64,000 bases of DNA, from assembly GCA_963668645.2 (NCBI GenBank), contig CAXXWC010000019.1, forward strand, positions 710,053 to 774,052. Reading direction: 5' to 3'. The translations under genes and the position numbers were made by a program. This stretch comes from Desulfobacterales bacterium. Lineage in GTDB: Bacteria; Desulfobacterota; Desulfobacteria; Desulfobacterales; UBA2174. Shown piece after piece: positions 59,654 through 64,000 of the stretch; positions within the stretch are counted from its first letter, which is position 1, and each line of letters starts with the position of its first letter. The notes under the pieces were generated by a model, which was given only the letters and a program-made list of their open reading frames with translations, was not told the DNA's origin and made no database searches.

Positions 59654-60031
59654 ATGCCTCCCAAAAAGCCGATCGATGAAGCTGCCCTGCTGAAAATGGC
59701 CAAGGACGGCATCCATTCGAAAGAAATCATGTCCCAACTGGGAATCAAGACCGGCACGCAATTGAAAATCGCCTACATCAACGCCTTGATGAACAGCGGA
59801 GAAGTACCGGCCATTCAGACCGCCTGCCCCGGCAAGACCGACAAGGGCAATTGGATCATCAAAGTCAATAAACGGGGCAGCCTAATCATTCCGAAGCCCA
59901 TTGCGGATCAATTGGACCTCCAGGAAGGGGATACCTTCGATACGACCAGGATCAAAACCGGCCTGGCCCTGCAACCGGCGGCGCCCAAACCGGTGGTCAA
60001 ATTAAGAAAAAGACAGAACCGCAAAACCTGA
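59654..60031 (+). CDS. AbrB/MazE/SpoVT-domain DNA-binding protein (copy 2)
   Basis: VNKRGSLIIPK...LDL..GDTF motif; N-terminus similar to copy 1; GGAG RBS. Confidence 0.8.
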   Translation: MPPKKPIDEAALLKMAKDGIHSKEIMSQLGIKTGTQLKIAYINALMNSGEVPAIQTACPGKTDKGNWIIKVNKRGSLIIPKPIADQLDLQEGDTFDTTRIKTGLALQPAAPKPVVKLRKRQNRKT

Positions 60032-60057
60032 AACCCAAAGCTGGCCAGAGCCCTAGG

Positions 60058-60531
60058 ATGATGGACGCATCAATCATCGAAGAACTCAACACGGATCTGC
60101 GCGCCATCATTCAGGCGGTAGAGATTTATTCCCACAGCACCTTCCGGCACACCGGCATCACCGGTCCTCAGCTTGTGGTGCTTTCCCTTCTGGGCCGCCA
60201 GGACAAGGCCAACGCCGTCGACCTGGCACGCCAGGTCCACCTGAGCATGGCCACCTTGAGCGGGGTCATCGCCCGTCTTGAACAGCGCGGTCTCATCGAG
60301 CGGGCCCGCAGTGATCAGGACCGGCGCAAAGCCGACATCCGCCTGACCGAAATCGGAAGGCATTTTCTCGAAACGTCCCCGCCCCTTCTCGATCCGGCAT
60401 TCATCGAATCTTTTGTTCATCTGCCGGTCTGGGAACAGCAGATGATCCTCAGCGCCCTCAAACGGCTGGTGGCCCTGTTGACCGTCGGCACCGCCAACGG
60501 CAAGGCACCGCCACGGGATCCAGAGCGCTGA
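60058..60531 (+). CDS. MarR-family transcriptional regulator
   Basis: ITGPQL...LARQVHLS...RLEQRGLIER..SDQDRR...LTEIG pattern. Confidence 0.92.
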   Translation: MMDASIIEELNTDLRAIIQAVEIYSHSTFRHTGITGPQLVVLSLLGRQDKANAVDLARQVHLSMATLSGVIARLEQRGLIERARSDQDRRKADIRLTEIGRHFLETSPPLLDPAFIESFVHLPVWEQQMILSALKRLVALLTVGTANGKAPPRDPER

Positions 60532-60573
60532 CCGGAGATCCGCAACGCATCATCCATCGGGCCGGAATCGGAC

Positions 60574-60617
60574 AAAAAAGGCCGCAAGCCGCCGTCAAGA
60601 TCGGCTTCCGGCCTTTT
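60574..60617. terminator. Bidirectional intrinsic terminator between marR and nfnB
   Basis: AAAAAAGGCCGCAAGCCG...CGGCTTCCGGCCTTTT between convergent genes. Confidence 0.7.
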
Positions 60618-60640
60618 AATGCTGCAAAAACCGTCCGCTG

Positions 60641-62051
60641 CTACCAGCCGAAGGTCAGGTACTTGTGAATCGAGTCGCCCGCCTTGCGGCCGGCCCCCAT
60701 GGCCAGGATGACGGTGGCCGCACCGGTAACGATGTCGCCCCCGGCCCAGACCCCCTTCTTGGTGGTCTTGCCCGTTTCCTCGTCGGCGATGATGTAGCCC
60801 CACTTATTCAGGCCCATGTCTGGGGTCGAAGAGGTAAGCAGGGGATTGGCACCCGATCCCACCGCCACGATGCAAAGATCGCACTCGAGCTCGAACTCGC
60901 TTCCCTTGATGGGCACCGGCCGGCGCCGGCCCGAGGCGTCGGGCTCGCCCAGCTCCATCTTGAGGCATTCCATACCGGTCAGCCGCCCCTTGTCGTTGCC
61001 GATGTAGCGGGTCGGGTTGGTCAGCAGGAAAAACTCGATCCCCTCTTCCTCGGCGTGATGGATCTCGGCGGCACGGGCCGGCATCTCGGCGCGGCTGCGC
61101 CGGTAGACGATGCGCACTTTCTCGGCACCCAGGCGCATGGCGGTGCGCGCCGAGTCCATGGCCACGTTGCCCGCCCCCAGGACCACCACGTTCTTGCCGC
61201 GGGGAATCGGGGTGTCGACTTCGGGGAACTTGTAAGCTTTCATCAGGTTGGCCCGGGTCAGGTACTCGTTGGCCGAAAGGATGCCGATAAGGTTCTCGCC
61301 CGGAATGTTCATGAAACGCGGCAGCCCGGCGCCCACACCGACATAGATCGCGTCATAGCCTTCTTCGAACAGCTCGTCCAGCGACACGGTGCGGCCCACC
61401 ACGGCGTTGCACTCCACCGTGACGCCCAGCCGTTCGAGAAAATTGACCTCCTGGGCCACGATGGCCTTGGGCAGGCGGAACTCGGGAATTCCGTAAACCA
61501 GCACGCCGCCGGGCTTGTGGAAGGCCTCCAGGACGGTCACGTCATGGCCTTTGGCGATCAGATCGCCGGCCACGGTCAGCCCCGAAGGGCCGGAACCGAC
61601 CACCGCCACCCGCTTGCCGGTGGACGCTTGCTTGGGCGGCAGGGCACCGGTGCCGTTTTCCCCGCTCCCAGTCGGCGGTGAAACGCTCCAGGTTGCCGAT
61701 GCCCACCGGTTCGCCCTTCTTGCCCACGATGCACAGCCCCTCGCACTGGCTCTCCTGGGGGCAGACCCGGCCGCAAACCGCCGGCAGACTGTTGGTGGTC
61801 CAGATGTGGCGGATGGCTTCGGTAAACTTGCGTTCCGCAACCAGCTTGATAAAACCGGGGATGTCCACGTTGACCGGGCATCCCTTGACACAGTTCGGAT
61901 TCTTGCACTGCAAACAGCGCTGGGCTTCGGCGACGGCCATCTCTTCGGTGTACCCGGTGGGCACTTCGAGAAAGTTGCGCCGGCGGACCTCGGGGGCCTG
62001 CTCGGGCATGGGCGTGCGGCCGGCTCCTTTTTTCTTTTCTTTTTCCGTCAT
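60641..62051 (-). pseudogene. nfnB: NfnB/SudA (glutamate synthase small-chain-like) subunit, split by a single-base frameshift near 61660-61663
   Basis: 5' frame: RCLQC...GCP and CGRVCPQESQC; 3' frame: VVGSGPSG, GIPEFRLPK, GAGNVAMD and GGDIVTGAATV. One extra base in a 4-nt run; may be a sequencing error. Confidence 0.8.
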
Positions 62052-62149
62052 ACTTTTCCTCCCCGTCGGACGCCCTCAGGCGTCGCTGGTAACTTTATTT
62101 TTCCGGGCGGTCCGGACGCACGGTCGGCTGCGGCCGCCGCGCAACGCTG

Positions 62150-62980
62150 CTATTCCTGGATGGTGCAAAAGCTGTTGTAGCAGTGCTTTTCTTCGGTGCA
62201 GTAGGCCTGCAAGCGGCGCATCAACTCGTCGTAGTCCACCTGATGGCCGTCGAATTCAGGACCGTCCACACAGCCGAACTTGGTTTTGCCGCCCACCGTC
62301 ACCCGGCACCCGCCGCACATGCCGGTACCGTCCACCATGATCGGGTTGAGGCTCACCATGGTCGGAACCTCGTACTTTTTGGTCATCAACGAGCAGAACT
62401 TCATCATCGGCACCGGACCGATGCAGACCGCCTGGTCGACTTTTTCCCGCTCCAGCACCGCCTTGAGCATGTCGGTGACAAATCCATGGTGGCCGTAGGA
62501 GCCGTCGTCGGTGCAAACGATGAGCTCATCGCTGGCAGCCCGCATCAGATCCTCCATGATCAGCAGGTCCTTGTTGCGTGAACCGATGATGCTCACCACG
62601 CGGTTGCCGGCCTTCTTCATGGCCCGGGTGATGGGATAGAGCACCGCCACACCGGTCCCGCCGCCGACGCAGACCACGGTGCCGACCTTTTCCACGTGGG
62701 TCGGCTTGCCCAGGGGGCCGATGACATCCTGGTAGGCATCGCCCACCTTGAGGGTTTTAAACAGAGCCGTCGATTTACCCACCACCATATAGATGATGGT
62801 AATCGTCCCTTTGGCCGGGTCGGTATCGGCCATGGTCAACGGGATGCGCTCGCCGTCCTCGTTGGCCTTGAGGATCACGAACTGGCCCGGCTTGGCCTTG
62901 GCCGCGATCTTGGGTGCCTCGATTTCATTGAGGACCACCGTGCCTTGGGACATTTCTTCACGTCGGACAATCTTAAACAT
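62150..62980 (-). CDS. nfnA: NfnA/SudB FAD/NAD-binding 2Fe-2S subunit
   Basis: KPGQFV, ERIPLT, GPLG, GGGTG, TDDGSYG, GPVPMM, DGTGMCGGCRV and CVDGPEF motifs; GGAGGTG RBS. Confidence 0.92.
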   Translation of the reverse strand: MFKIVRREEMSQGTVVLNEIEAPKIAAKAKPGQFVILKANEDGERIPLTMADTDPAKGTITIIYMVVGKSTALFKTLKVGDAYQDVIGPLGKPTHVEKVGTVVCVGGGTGVAVLYPITRAMKKAGNRVVSIIGSRNKDLLIMEDLMRAASDELIVCTDDGSYGHHGFVTDMLKAVLEREKVDQAVCIGPVPMMKFCSLMTKKYEVPTMVSLNPIMVDGTGMCGGCRVTVGGKTKFGCVDGPEFDGHQVDYDELMRRLQAYCTEEKHCYNSFCTIQE

Positions 62981-63277
62981 GGTCACCTCCGAACAATATG
63001 CGGAAAACGGTCGCCGATGGGTGTGGCGCCCTCCGGCGCCTGTGGAAAAATCGGAAAAGTTAAACAAGCATATACTCATTATGAAATCAAGTCCAAATCA
63101 CCACGGGTGGTTGCAATCCCAGGCAGGAAATGGTAGGCGGCACCCGCCACAGGTTCAAGCAGGGGGCCAAGCCCCGGCCTGTTTAAAGATAAACGCTTTT
63201 GATACCGGGCAGTTAATATTTCCCAAAAAATCCGGCTCGCCGCCCCTGGCCGCCCCACGGCAAGGAAGGATCGGTTC

Positions 63278-64000
63278 ATGCGCCTTTTCGACAGCCATTG
63301 CCACCTCGAAGATCCAGAATTCGAAAACGATCTGCCTGGGATCTTAAACCGTATGGCCTGCAACGCCGTGCAGCAGATCATGATCGTCGGCATCGACGCC
63401 GCCCGCAGCCGGCGGGCCGTCGCCCTGGCCGAGTCCCTCGCCGGGGCCTGGGCCGCAGTGGGGGTCCATCCCCACGATGCCGCAGGATGCAGCGAGGCGG
63501 TCCTGGACCAATTGCAGGACCTGGCGCGCAGCCCCCGGGTGCGCGCCTGGGGAGAAACCGGCCTCGATTTCAACCGCATGTACTCGCCGCGAGCCGATCA
63601 GGAGCGCTGGTTCGTGCGCCAGTTGGAGATCGCGCAGGCCCTGAACCTTCCGCTGATTCTCCATGAACGCGACAGCCAGGGCCGGCTGATCGAACTGCTG
63701 CGGGCCACCGACCGGCCCGGTCGCACGGGTGTGGTCCACTGCTTTTCGGGAACCGCCGCGGAGCTGGATCAATACCTGGAGATGGGCTTTTTAATCGGCA
63801 TCACCGGCATCGTCACCCTGGCCCAGCGTGGCCGGGAATTGCGGGCCATGGTGCCCCGGATTCCTGCCGACCGCCTGCTGGTGGAAACCGACGCTCCTTA
63901 TCTCACTCCCACCCCGGAACGCAACCGCCATCGCCGCAACGAACCGGCTTTCGTGCGCACGGTGCTGCTCAAGGTGGCCCAGGTGCGCGACGAGGATCCC
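63278..64000 (+). CDS. tatD: TatD-family hydrolase, partial (runs off the window; not in the ORF track)
   Basis: Hand translation: MRLFDSHCHL, VGVHPHDA, WGETGLDF, LHERD, VVHCFSG and VETDAPYL. Confidence 0.93.
   Translation, partial: MRLFDSHCHLEDPEFENDLPGILNRMACNAVQQIMIVGIDAARSRRAVALAESLAGAWAAVGVHPHDAAGCSEAVLDQLQDLARSPRVRAWGETGLDFNRMYSPRADQERWFVRQLEIAQALNLPLILHERDSQGRLIELLRATDRPGRTGVVHCFSGTAAELDQYLEMGFLIGITGIVTLAQRGRELRAMVPRIPADRLLVETDAPYLTPTPERNRHRRNEPAFVRTVLLKVAQVRDEDP

Overview
GC-rich bacterial chromosomal window whose gene content suggests an anaerobic Desulfobacterota-like organism (inference, not a classification). 0.3-18.8 kb holds two paralogous minus-strand catabolic modules (carboxyltransferase, biotin carrier, CoA-transferase, TAXI-TRAP transporter, exporter) with three GntR/FCD regulators and no biotin carboxylase. 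Next come a TPR-methyltransferase, a hybrid kinase plus REC-EAL pair, and a stand-alone cytoplasmic formate dehydrogenase alpha subunit with Cys at the usual Sec position. The ~330-nt fdh leader carries two copies of an element with an in-frame UGA followed by a SECIS-like hairpin, each inside an ATG-started upstream ORF. This is the best candidate for an undescribed system: a possible selenium-sensing leader controlling a Cys-type FDH. The rest is mostly housekeeping: penicillin-acylase family, CoA-disulfide reductase, IspH-UbiA fusion, cooT, parAB, two M48 proteases, NlpC/P60, B12 radical SAM, MATE, recD, plsB, glnE, nitroreductase, two AbrB-domain genes, MarR, nfnAB (nfnB frameshifted) and a partial tatD. 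No rRNA, tRNA, CRISPR array or mobile element was recognised. All calls come from reading motifs by eye; no database searches were run.
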